From assembly GCA_963674865.2 (NCBI GenBank), contig CAXXYE010000009.1, forward strand, positions 64,001-128,000: a stretch of DNA of 64,000 nucleotides, read 5' to 3'. Both the position numbers and the translations under genes were made by a program. Of this stretch, positions 46,673 to 55,800 are shown piece by piece; positions within the stretch are counted from its first letter, which is position 1, and each line of letters begins with the position of its first letter. The DNA comes from Candidatus Hydrogenedentota bacterium (lineage in GTDB: Bacteria; Hydrogenedentota; Hydrogenedentia; Hydrogenedentales; SLHB01). The notes beneath the pieces are model-generated. The model was given only the letters and a program-made list of their open reading frames with translations, was not told where the DNA came from and ran no database searches.

Positions 46673-47692
46673 GTGCCGGACTCGGTAGTAACCATCCGCG
46701 ACTTGCGGACGCACTTCTTCATGGACGAAGGCGTCGTGCATGCCGTCGATGGCCTGGATCTCGATATCCCTCGCGGCGAGACGATTGGCCTGGTGGGCGA
46801 GAGCGGGTGCGGCAAGAGCGTGACGGCCTTCACGATCCTCCGCCTCATCACACCCCCCGGCCGGATTGTCTCCGGCAAGATTGTGCTCCACCGGGAGGGC
46901 CGCGATCTCGCATTGAGCGATCTCGAAGAAGACGGCAAGGAGATTCGCCGCGTCCGGGGCAAAGAGATCGCCATGGTGTTCCAAGAGCCCATGAGTTCCC
47001 TGAGCCCGGTGCACACGATAGGCTCTCAGGTAGTCGAAGCCATTACACTCCATTCCGCTCTCCGGGGAAAGGAGGCCAAGGCGCACGCCGTGGAAATGCT
47101 GGCCCGCGTAGGCATCCCCGACGCCCTCCGGCGCTTCCGGCAGTATCCCCACGAGATGAGCGGCGGCATGCGGCAGCGCGTCATGATCGCCATCGCCCTG
47201 GCCTGCCGCCCGGCCCTGCTCATCGCCGATGAGCCTACGACCTCGCTGGACGTTACCATTCAGGCACAGATTCTCGACTTGATGCGCGAGCTTCAGGCGG
47301 AGTTGGGAATGGCCATCATGCTGATCACCCACGACCTGGGTGTGGTTGCGGAGATGGCAAAGCAAGTGGCGGTGATGTATCTTGGCCGCGTCGTCGAGCA
47401 GAGCGATATCTCCTGTGTCTTCGCCGAGCCTTCCCATCCGTACACGCGGGCTCTGCTTCGCTCGATCCCCGGCTTCGAGAAGGCGCGGAAATCCCTGCTC
47501 CACACCATCAAAGGCTCCGTGCCCGATCCCTTCCAACGCCCCGCGGGTTGCCCCTTTCACCCACGCTGCGAGGAGGCCGTGCCGGGGAAATGCGACAAGG
47601 GCGGCCCGCCGCCGCTCCTGGAGACACAGCCCGGACACAAGGTTGCCTGCTGGCTTCGACATAGACAGGGCGCCAAGGACATGAAGCCATGA
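46673..47692 (+). CDS. ABC transporter ATPase (DppD/OppD-like)
   Basis: [34 protein letters not shown]. Confidence 0.94.
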   Translation: MPDSVVTIRDLRTHFFMDEGVVHAVDGLDLDIPRGETIGLVGESGCGKSVTAFTILRLITPPGRIVSGKIVLHREGRDLALSDLEEDGKEIRRVRGKEIAMVFQEPMSSLSPVHTIGSQVVEAITLHSALRGKEAKAHAVEMLARVGIPDALRRFRQYPHEMSGGMRQRVMIAIALACRPALLIADEPTTSLDVTIQAQILDLMRELQAELGMAIMLITHDLGVVAEMAKQVAVMYLGRVVEQSDISCVFAEPSHPYTRALLRSIPGFEKARKSLLHTIKGSVPDPFQRPAGCPFHPRCEEAVPGKCDKGGPPPLLETQPGHKVACWLRHRQGAKDMKP

Positions 47693-48708
47693 ACAGCCCT
47701 GAGCCCATCCTCCGCGTGCGGGATCTCAAGAAGTATTTCCCGATCAAGAAGGGCGTTATGGGCCGTGTCGTCGGCCATATCCGAGCTGTCGACGGCGTCA
47801 GCTTCGATATCCACGAGGGGGAGTGTCTAGGCCTCGTGGGCGAGAGCGGCTCCGGGAAAACCACCGTCGGCAAGACGATTCTGCGCGCGCTAAGTCCAAC
47901 CGCAGGTAGTGTCCTGCTCCGAACGGATGGAGAAGATCTCGATGTGGCCCGCGCGACGCGACGCCAACTCGACGTAGTCCGCCGCAACGCCCAGATGATC
48001 TTTCAGGATCCGTACTCTTCGCTCAATCCACGGATGACGGTGTTCGACACCGTCGCCGAGCCGCTTCTGGTGCACGGCATGCGCAGTCGCCGCGCGCGCG
48101 AGGCCCGCGTCCGCGAGTTGCTGCGCCAAGTGGGCCTCAAAGAGGATCACCTTCGGCGGTATCCGCACGCCTTCAGCGGCGGCCAGCGGCAGCGGATCGG
48201 CATCGCCCGCGCCCTGGCGCTGCATCCGAAGCTGATCGTCGCCGATGAACCGGTGTCCGCACTGGATGTCTCCGTTCAGGCGCAGGTACTCAACCTGCTC
48301 CAGGAACTTCAGCGGGAGTACCATCTCACCTACCTCTTCGTCTCCCACGACCTCGGCGTCGTGCGCCACGTGTCCGACCGCGTGGCCGTGATGTACGTAG
48401 GGCGCCTGGTGGAGGTGGCCGACGTGGATGCGTTGTTCTCGCGGCCGAGACATCCGTACACGGAGGCGCTGCTTGCCGCGATACCATCGGCCGCACCGGA
48501 GCCGGGCCGGACGCGCGTGCGGCTTGCCGGCGAGGTGGCCGACCCGAGCAATCCACCGCCCGGCTGCCCCTTCCACCCCCGCTGCCCCTATGCTGAGCCT
48601 ATCTGCAAGCAACAGGCTCCGGAACTCGAGGCCGTCGCGGAAGGGCACCTGACACGGTGCCATCTCGCAAGGGAGTTATCGCTGAAGGGGGCCATACCGG
48701 AGGGCTGA
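47689..48708 (+). CDS. ABC transporter ATPase (DppF/OppF-like)
   Basis: [33 protein letters not shown]. Confidence 0.94.
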   Translation: MNSPEPILRVRDLKKYFPIKKGVMGRVVGHIRAVDGVSFDIHEGECLGLVGESGSGKTTVGKTILRALSPTAGSVLLRTDGEDLDVARATRRQLDVVRRNAQMIFQDPYSSLNPRMTVFDTVAEPLLVHGMRSRRAREARVRELLRQVGLKEDHLRRYPHAFSGGQRQRIGIARALALHPKLIVADEPVSALDVSVQAQVLNLLQELQREYHLTYLFVSHDLGVVRHVSDRVAVMYVGRLVEVADVDALFSRPRHPYTEALLAAIPSAAPEPGRTRVRLAGEVADPSNPPPGCPFHPRCPYAEPICKQQAPELEAVAEGHLTRCHLARELSLKGAIPEG

Positions 48709-48726
48709 CCCTCGTCAGGAGCGCCG

Positions 48727-49755
48727 ATGAAGTCACGCAATGAAGCCGTAAGAGGAAAAGGCCGCCACATCGGAGCCTCTCGCTTCGCCTCGTGGTGCGT
48801 CAGAGCGCTTGCGCTTATCCTGGCGCCGGCCATCATGGGTTGCCCGGCCGATTCCAGCTTCCCCGTTCAGGCGTTCAAACACAACGACATCATCAGGACA
48901 TACCGCGTCTACGTGCCGGAAGACTACGATCCGCAACAGCGCTACGCCCTGGTTGTCATGCTGCATGGGGCCGGCGGCACCGGCCTAACGACGGCGGAAG
49001 CAACCGAATTCAACAAACTTGCCGAAAGGGAAGGCTTCATCGTGGCCTATCCCGACGGCATCGCCCGCCAGTGGAACGACGGCCGCGCCTACGCCATCTC
49101 GGAGCAGTTGCTTGGCATCATTGACGATGTAGGATTCATCGTCGCGTTGGCCGAGCACCTGCAGGCAACCTACGCAATCGACGCGGCAAGAACCTATGCC
49201 GCCGGCTTTTCCAACGGAGCCATGATGGCCGAACGGCTGGCTTGCGAAGCATCCGATCACTTCGCGGCGGTGGCAGCGGTGAGCGGGTCGCTATCCGTGG
49301 CCTATGCCGATGCAGCCCCACCCGGCGCCCCCCTGCCTATAATGCTTATCCACGGCACCGATGATAGCGTCATTCCCTACGAAGGCGGCTACGTCATAGG
49401 AAGTACCTTCATGGGCGTTGTGATACCGGTTGAGGACGCCGTCAGAGTCTGGGTGGCGCGCGACGCGTGCCTCGCCTCGCCCACCGTCACTTGGGATCCC
49501 TTCGGCGACAGTGATGACGGGACACGCGTGTGGCGCGAGGAGTACCACGGAGCCCTGGAAGATGGCGAGGTCATCTTCTACGGCATCGAAGGCGGAGGCC
49601 ATATCTGGCCGGGCACGCTCGAGGAGGACAGCCAAGGCCGCACACTCGGCGACAGGCTATTGATTGATAGCGACGGGCAGACGCTCGCGACGAAGAGCTA
49701 CGACCTCATCGCGACGGAAGTGATCTGGGACTTCTTCGCCGCCCACGGAAAGTGA
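48727..49755 (+). CDS. LpqC / PHB-depolymerase family esterase (probable lipoprotein)
   Basis: IMG-C lipobox-like, LHGAGG, YPDG, GFSNG nucleophile elbow, HGTDD, GGGHIWP. Start uncertain. Confidence 0.82.
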   Translation: MKSRNEAVRGKGRHIGASRFASWCVRALALILAPAIMGCPADSSFPVQAFKHNDIIRTYRVYVPEDYDPQQRYALVVMLHGAGGTGLTTAEATEFNKLAEREGFIVAYPDGIARQWNDGRAYAISEQLLGIIDDVGFIVALAEHLQATYAIDAARTYAAGFSNGAMMAERLACEASDHFAAVAAVSGSLSVAYADAAPPGAPLPIMLIHGTDDSVIPYEGGYVIGSTFMGVVIPVEDAVRVWVARDACLASPTVTWDPFGDSDDGTRVWREEYHGALEDGEVIFYGIEGGGHIWPGTLEEDSQGRTLGDRLLIDSDGQTLATKSYDLIATEVIWDFFAAHGK

Positions 49756-49781
49756 GCGTCTCGCGGCGGCAGCCGGGCCGC

Positions 49782-51422
49782 TCAGAACTCCGTCCGCGCG
49801 GCCAGCAGCGGATCGTCGGCGTCAAAGAGCGTGGCGAAGGAGTCGTCCTTGCCGGTGTCCTCGCGATAATGGGCGCCCCGGGAGCGGCGGTTGCGCCACG
49901 CCGACAGCGTGACGATTCGGGCGGCTTGCGCCATATTCCGAAGGCCAATGAGGTCGTCGTTGAGGCACGTTGTCCGGTAAAAGTCCTCGATAACTTCCCA
50001 AAGATGGCTCAGGTCCTTCAGCGCACGCGCCAGACGGTGAGGATTGCGCGCAAGCCCGACGTAGTACCACATCGTGTTTTGGATAGTCCGCCGATCATGG
50101 TGAAGCAGAACGGGATCGGGAAGCTCCTTCCCCTCGACGGCCTCCCAGGCAGGAATGTCATCCTTCGACGCGCTGGGCCAATCCTTTCGCGCGGTAATGT
50201 GCCTGGCCGCCCGATCGCCCCACACGAGGCCCTCGAGAAGCGACGTGCTTGCGAGCCGGTTCGCGCCATGCACTCCGGTGCAACTCGTCTCGCCGGCGGC
50301 ATAAAGGCCGTCCACCGTCGTCCGGCCCCATTCGTCGACTTGGACGCCCCCGCAAAGGTAATGAGCCGCGGGGACGACGGGAATGGGCTCCGACGTCATA
50401 TCGATACCTGCCTCAAGGCACGTGGCGTATATCGTTGGGAAGCGCTCGCGTATGCGCTCCGCCGGCATGTGGCTGGCCAAATCCAGGAAGACGTTGGGAT
50501 AGCCGTGCGTCACCATCTCCTGATGAATCGCCCGGGCCACTTCGTCTCGCGGCGCGAGATCGCCCCAACGGGCGCTGTGCTGATCCATGAAATGGCGTCC
50601 GTCGGGCGTGTAGAGCCGCGCCCCCTCGCCCCGCACCGCCTCCGAAATAAGGAAATTGTCCGCCCCCGGGACAGCCAGCGTCGTGGGATGAAACTGCACG
50701 TACTCCGAATGGATGATTCGGGCACCGGCCCGGTACGCCAAAGCCAAACCGTCGCCCCGCGCGCCTTGCGGATTCGTCGTGTAGCGGTAGATACGGCCCA
50801 GGCCGCCCGTGGCCAAGAGCGTGGCAGGCGCAAGAATACGGTGAACCTTGCCCTCCTCGCAGTCAAGCGCGTAGGCGCCCATGCAGCTATTGGGGGCGTA
50901 CTTGGCCAAGGGATCCCGGTTATGGTGCGACGATGTAATCAGATCGACCGCGGTAACATTCGTGCGGAGGGTGACGTTCGGGAACTCACGCAGCTTCGCG
51001 ATCAGCGCCGTCTCGATAGCCCCTCCCGTAGCATCCTCCACGTGTAGAATGCGCCGCGTCGAGTGCCGCCCCTCGCGTGTGAGCGACAAGGAGCCATCCG
51101 CATCGCGATCGAAAGGCACACCGGCCTCTTCGATGAGCACGCGCTCCACAAGATCCGGCCCTTCTTCGGCAATGAGTCGCGTCGCCGCCGGAAGACTCAG
51201 GCCCGCCCCGGCCGCAAGGATGTCCTCGGCGAGAAGTTCCGTCGAGTCCTGTATGCCGCGCCCGACAATGCCTCCCTGCGCATAGCGCGTGTTGCTCTCA
51301 TCCGGACTGGCCGCCCGCGTGATAACCAGAATCTGCCGCGCCGAATCCTTGGCCAGCCTGAGCGCCGCCGAGGCGCCGGCAATGCCGCTGCCGATGATCA
51401 ACACATCGGTTTCTATGCACAT
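49782..51422 (-). CDS. nadB: L-aspartate oxidase
   Basis: IIGSGIAG, AQGGI, REGRHS, QFHPT, LISEAVRGEG, LAPRD, HGANRLASTSLLE. Start ATG 51422 or TTG 51440. Confidence 0.93.
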   Translation of the reverse strand: MCIETDVLIIGSGIAGASAALRLAKDSARQILVITRAASPDESNTRYAQGGIVGRGIQDSTELLAEDILAAGAGLSLPAATRLIAEEGPDLVERVLIEEAGVPFDRDADGSLSLTREGRHSTRRILHVEDATGGAIETALIAKLREFPNVTLRTNVTAVDLITSSHHNRDPLAKYAPNSCMGAYALDCEEGKVHRILAPATLLATGGLGRIYRYTTNPQGARGDGLALAYRAGARIIHSEYVQFHPTTLAVPGADNFLISEAVRGEGARLYTPDGRHFMDQHSARWGDLAPRDEVARAIHQEMVTHGYPNVFLDLASHMPAERIRERFPTIYATCLEAGIDMTSEPIPVVPAAHYLCGGVQVDEWGRTTVDGLYAAGETSCTGVHGANRLASTSLLEGLVWGDRAARHITARKDWPSASKDDIPAWEAVEGKELPDPVLLHHDRRTIQNTMWYYVGLARNPHRLARALKDLSHLWEVIEDFYRTTCLNDDLIGLRNMAQAARIVTLSAWRNRRSRGAHYREDTGKDDSFATLFDADDPLLAARTEF

Positions 51423-51527
51423 AGGATGACTTTCTAGCAACGGCGGGGCGTCAAGAAGCCCCGCTAACCGGACTCACAATGCCTGTCCTGATAACACGAT
51501 CACACCGCCTTCGCCAAAGCGGCTACT

Positions 51528-51556
51528 CTTATATCATGCGCATCCGGGGAGGGCAA
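51528..51556 (-). promoter_or_regulatory. Possible sigma70 promoter for nadB
   Basis: TTGCCC, 17 nt, TG-n-TATAAG. Confidence 0.5.
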
Positions 51557-51843
51557 GTGGCCATAATCAAGGGACAGAAACACTTGGAGATGCTCAAAGC
51601 GACTATCTCCGCACCGCTGTGAGAGAAGGGGACATGTTCCAAGCGGCGTCCTCGCCGCGACTACGTGTACCCTTCTGCTCTCGGATTGCCGTAATACCCG
51701 CTCCCGACAACGGTACTATTTCACGGTGCTGAAGGACGACGCCTCTGTGCGGTATCAGGGCCGGCTTCGACGCCATCCGACGAAATACGCGTGCCCTTGG
51801 GGAAGGAGTGACGCGTCAGCAGCGGCGAAGGGAGGTGGATTGG

Positions 51844-51969
51844 ATGAAACGCACGAAGGAAATCACAAAGAAGCGCCTGTTCATCAAAGAACTCGAGCTT
51901 CCCGCCATGGCGAAGGGGGGCGACGTGACCACCCTGGCCATCGGCGAGGAGTGCTGGAAGGGCGCGTGA
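51844..51969 (+). CDS. Graspetide (omega-ester peptide) precursor, plesiocin-like, 41 aa
   Basis: Not in the ORF track. GGAGGT (51831-51836) lies 7 nt before ATG. Translation MKRTKEITKKRLFIKELELPAMAKGGDVTTLAIGEECWKGA*, with LFIxxL leader motif, GG and a TTxxxxEE core; 16 nt upstream of an ATP-grasp gene. Confidence 0.9.
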   Translation: MKRTKEITKKRLFIKELELPAMAKGGDVTTLAIGEECWKGA

Positions 51970-51985
51970 CGGAGCGCCGGGTCGA

Positions 51986-52894
51986 ATGCCCATCCTCATC
52001 ATCGGGGGAGCCGGCGATCCGCAAGCACGCCGCGTAGCAGGCGCGTTGCGCGCACGAGGCGAGCGCGTCGTCCGGTTCGACGCGGGCGCCTTTCCGGATC
52101 GAACAGTTCTGTCCTTTGGTGACGGCGTGCTGCGCATTGCCCGGCGCACGCTCCCCACGCCCCGGGCGGCATACATTCGCGCTTTGGCAACCCACCCGCT
52201 GCTGCCCGGCTTCCGAGAGGATCTCAAGTCCCGCCCCTTTGGCCTCATCGCCCAGTGCTGTGAGAAGCGCGCCATGCTCGAGTCCATTCTCCTCGCCCTC
52301 GAGCGGAGCGGCTGCCGCCTCGTCAATGGCCTTGAGGCCAACGCCCAGCACAGCAGGAAGCCATACCAGTTGGAACTGCTGCACGCGGCGGGCCTGGCCG
52401 TGCCTCGATGGCTCGCCACGAACGACCCCGCCGCCGTCCGCCGATTTGTTCGGGAGGTAGGTAGCGCCGTCTACAAACCACTCGCAGGCGGAGCCACCGT
52501 TCAGCCCATCGTGCCGGAAGACTTGGCCGGTGATCGGCTCGAAGCCTTGGCGCTCGCCCCCGTCCTCTTCCAGGAACGCATCGAGGGCATACCTGTTCGC
52601 GCCTACGTGGTGGGCCGGCGCGTCGTGGCCACTGCCGAAATCCACTCCCCCGAGTTGGACTACCGCCGCCGTGAGGTGGTCGTCGTCGCCACGCGACTCC
52701 GGCCCGACGAACGCCGCGTCGTACTCGCCGCCGCCAAGGCCTGCGGCATGGTGTTCACGGGCGTGGACTTCATTCGCTCAACCAATGGGCCGATCCTGCT
52801 AGAGTGCAACCCATCCCCGATGTTCGCCGCCTTCGAGCGCAAGACGGGCCTCGACGTCGCCGGGCCGCTCGCCGACTACCTTACCTCACTCTGA
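51986..52894 (+). CDS. ATP-grasp peptide ligase (RimK/PsnB/MvdD-like graspetide synthetase)
   Basis: RFD..AFP, KPYQL, GLAVPRWLATND, YKPL, FQERIEG, RAYVVG, DYR, GVDF, LECNPSPMF. Confidence 0.88.
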   Translation: MPILIIGGAGDPQARRVAGALRARGERVVRFDAGAFPDRTVLSFGDGVLRIARRTLPTPRAAYIRALATHPLLPGFREDLKSRPFGLIAQCCEKRAMLESILLALERSGCRLVNGLEANAQHSRKPYQLELLHAAGLAVPRWLATNDPAAVRRFVREVGSAVYKPLAGGATVQPIVPEDLAGDRLEALALAPVLFQERIEGIPVRAYVVGRRVVATAEIHSPELDYRRREVVVVATRLRPDERRVVLAAAKACGMVFTGVDFIRSTNGPILLECNPSPMFAAFERKTGLDVAGPLADYLTSL

Positions 52895-55800
52895 GCCGCC
52901 CGACGCGGAGTTCTCCGCCTCCGCGGCGGCCTTCTCTTCCAGATCCCGGATCACCTCTCCGATTTCCAAGAACCGGCCTCTTCGCCGTTTATCTGAGCCA
53001 CGTTCCTGTTGAGATACCTCTATTCCGTATTTCTCGGCAGCGGCCTTCAACACAGGAAGTGCTCGGGGCTCGCCGATCTGTGCTAGGGCATTTGCTGCAA
53101 CTCTGCAGATCTCCGAAGGTTCGGAACCTTCCTTGGCCGTTTCGCGCTCGACAAGGGCCATCAGGGCCCCCACCGCACGTGGATCGCCGATGCCGCCGAG
53201 AGTGGCCGCGGCTTCGGAGCGCACCGTATCATCCGGGTCGTCTAGCGCCTTGATCAAAGGTGGCACAATGCGCCGGACACCGACATATCCGAGGCCGGAC
53301 ACGGCAGCCGTCCTCACTTCTGCGGCCGGGTCGCCAAGGGCCTTCAGGAGCGTGTCGATACCTGACTCACCTAGCCGGGACAAGACTGCGGCTACACGAC
53401 ACCGGCCCTTGGGACGTAGGCTATCGAAGCCGGCCTGGATTGCTGGCACCCCACTTTCACCCAACTCCAGCAGAGCGCCGGATGCCGTATTCGCCACGTT
53501 ATCCTCTGCATCGTCGAGCACGACAACAAGCGCCGCGGCCGCACGCGTATCTTGCAGCGCGCCCAATCCAGTGACGGCCATGGAGCGCACCCTCGCCTCC
53601 GGATCCGTCAACGCGCGGATCAAACCTTCAAAGGCTTCCGGCGCTTTGATCTGATAGAGAGCCGAAGCAGCCTCCAGCCGCACGGGTGTGCTGCTATCGT
53701 TTAGCGTTAGCACCAGCCCTTCGACAGCCCGCCCGTCCTGCAGTTTCCCCAACGCGCGGGCTGTTTCCCCGCGAACGTGTTCGTCCGGATCTCGAAGCAA
53801 CGCAACAAGCGCCGGCACCGCCTGCGTATCCCCGATGTCTCCCAGCACCTGCGCCGCAGACTGGCGAACAGGGAGATTGACGGTGGAATACTTCGCCCCT
53901 TGCCAGCGGCCCGCTACTGGCAGCCCCGTCTCTTTTGAGCCCAACGCCAGAATGAGGGGATCCACCGCGTCAGCGCCCAGGTTTCGCGCGCCCACCCACT
54001 GCTCGGTGACAACGTAGAAAGACGCACGGGCCGCTCTCTCACTGGGCATAACGTTGAGCTTCTGTAGCGCCTGCCCCGCCTGCCTACGGACCTCGAAGTC
54101 CGGATCCGCCAGGAGGCCAACAAGGGCATCGGCCACGGCCTTGTCGTCGCGGAAATACGCCAATGCGGCCACGGCGGCGTAGCGGACATCCGGCCGCTCC
54201 GTGGTATCCCCGGCGCGCGCGAGCAGAGCCTGTCTTGCCTCGTCTGTTCCGAGCATGCCCAAGGCCATTGCCGCGCCCGCGGCGATATCGGCGTTCTCGT
54301 TGTCGATAGCGGCCAGCAATGGCGCCTCGACGACTGCTTTATCGAAGCCGGCCAGCGTAACCGCCGCCTCCCTACGGATAGAGCCACGCCCTCCGGAACG
54401 AAATGCCTCGATAAGAAGGGGCACGGCCGTCTCCGGCTTGAGCTTGCTCAATGCCTCGACGGCGCCCGTGCGAAGGGGATAGCTCTCAGCCTGCACGGCC
54501 AACGCCAGGAACTCGGACACCTGCGGATCGTCAAAGCGCGCCAAGGCATCCGCTGCCGCAGCGCGCACTGCGTCATCTTTCTCCTTCAGCACCGCCACGA
54601 GATGCTTGATCGCCGATGGATCTCCCAACTCGCCGAGGGCCTCCGCCGCCGCCGCTTGCACCCGCGGCGTCTCGTCTTTCAGCGCCTTGACGAGGCTCCC
54701 CACGACGGTTCGGACGGCATCCGGCTCCCCGTGGAAATCGCCCAGCTTCTGCGCGGCCACCTTCCGCAGCCACCAATCCTCGTCCTGCAATTGCACGAGC
54801 AGCGTGCTCGCCTCGTCCATCGCGTCGTGTTCGGCGTGAGCGGAGGGCGCTGCCTCAGTTGGCAGTGCGTCCGGCGCCGCAGGGAGAACCGGAGGCGTGG
54901 GCACAGGCGTTTGGACAGCCTGTGGCCCCTCAACGGCCCTCGTAACAGCGTCCTCCACCCTTGCATCTGCGATGCTGGGCACGAGCGCTTCGAGTCGATC
55001 TTTCACCGATGCCAAGCCGATATCCTCGATCGCGCGCAGGAAGACCAATCTAGTGTCCCTGTCATTTTGCTCATTCGCGATTCCGGACACCAGCGCGTCC
55101 AAGGCGTCCGCCGCTTTGAGTCGGCCTAGCGCTTCAGCCGCCAGTCTCGGGACGTCGTTATCCTCATCGCGCAGCGCGACGACGAGCGATGGCGCCGCGC
55201 GCATATCGCCAATCCGGCCGAGTGCTTGCGCCGCACCCCTTCGTACGCCAAGGTGGCCATCCCTCAGCGCCGTGCAGAGTGGCTCGACGGCCCGGGCGTC
55301 ACCGAGGGAGATAAGGGCCGTTGCCGCGAGTTGACGGACGTCCCTCTCCGAATTTCGGAGTGCGAATGCCAGCGGCTCGACCACGTCCGGCCCGCCAATA
55401 GCCTCGAGCGCGCGCGTTGCTTCCACGCGGGGATCCCTGGCAGGATCACGAAGCAGTGCGGCCAAGGCATCGATCGCCCGCGCGTCCCCAATCCGCCCCA
55501 GCGTCGCCGCGGCGTGCCACCTAGTTTCCGCTTTCTCCGCTTTGAGCGCGGCCATGAGCGGTTCGAAGGCCGCGTCACCGAGCGTCGCCGCCAGATCCCA
55601 GTTGCCCACGGCGACGTAGTACGCCGCTTGTTTCGACGGCGCTTCGGGAAGGTAGTGCCGGCGCTCGAGCAATCTCGCAGCCGCCACCCGGTTTTCGTAC
55701 AGCGGATCATCGAGCCCCCGCGCGATGGCCTCGCTGACGTCATCGCCGTGGAAATCGGCCAGAGCCTCACGCACCGCCCGCCGAAGCGCCGCGCCATCCG

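Noticed and set aside
46034..47662. 542-aa minus-strand ORF (and 387-aa ORF at 42592-43755)
   Set aside because: Antisense to clear ABC transporter genes; typical shadow ORFs.
49752..51047. 431-aa plus-strand ORF
   Set aside because: Antisense to nadB, which has all expected motifs.
51726..52037. 103-aa ORF from the track overlapping the precursor
   Set aside because: Different frame from the 41-aa ORF, no good SD, and it overlaps the ligase start. The 41-aa ORF has the SD and the family motifs.
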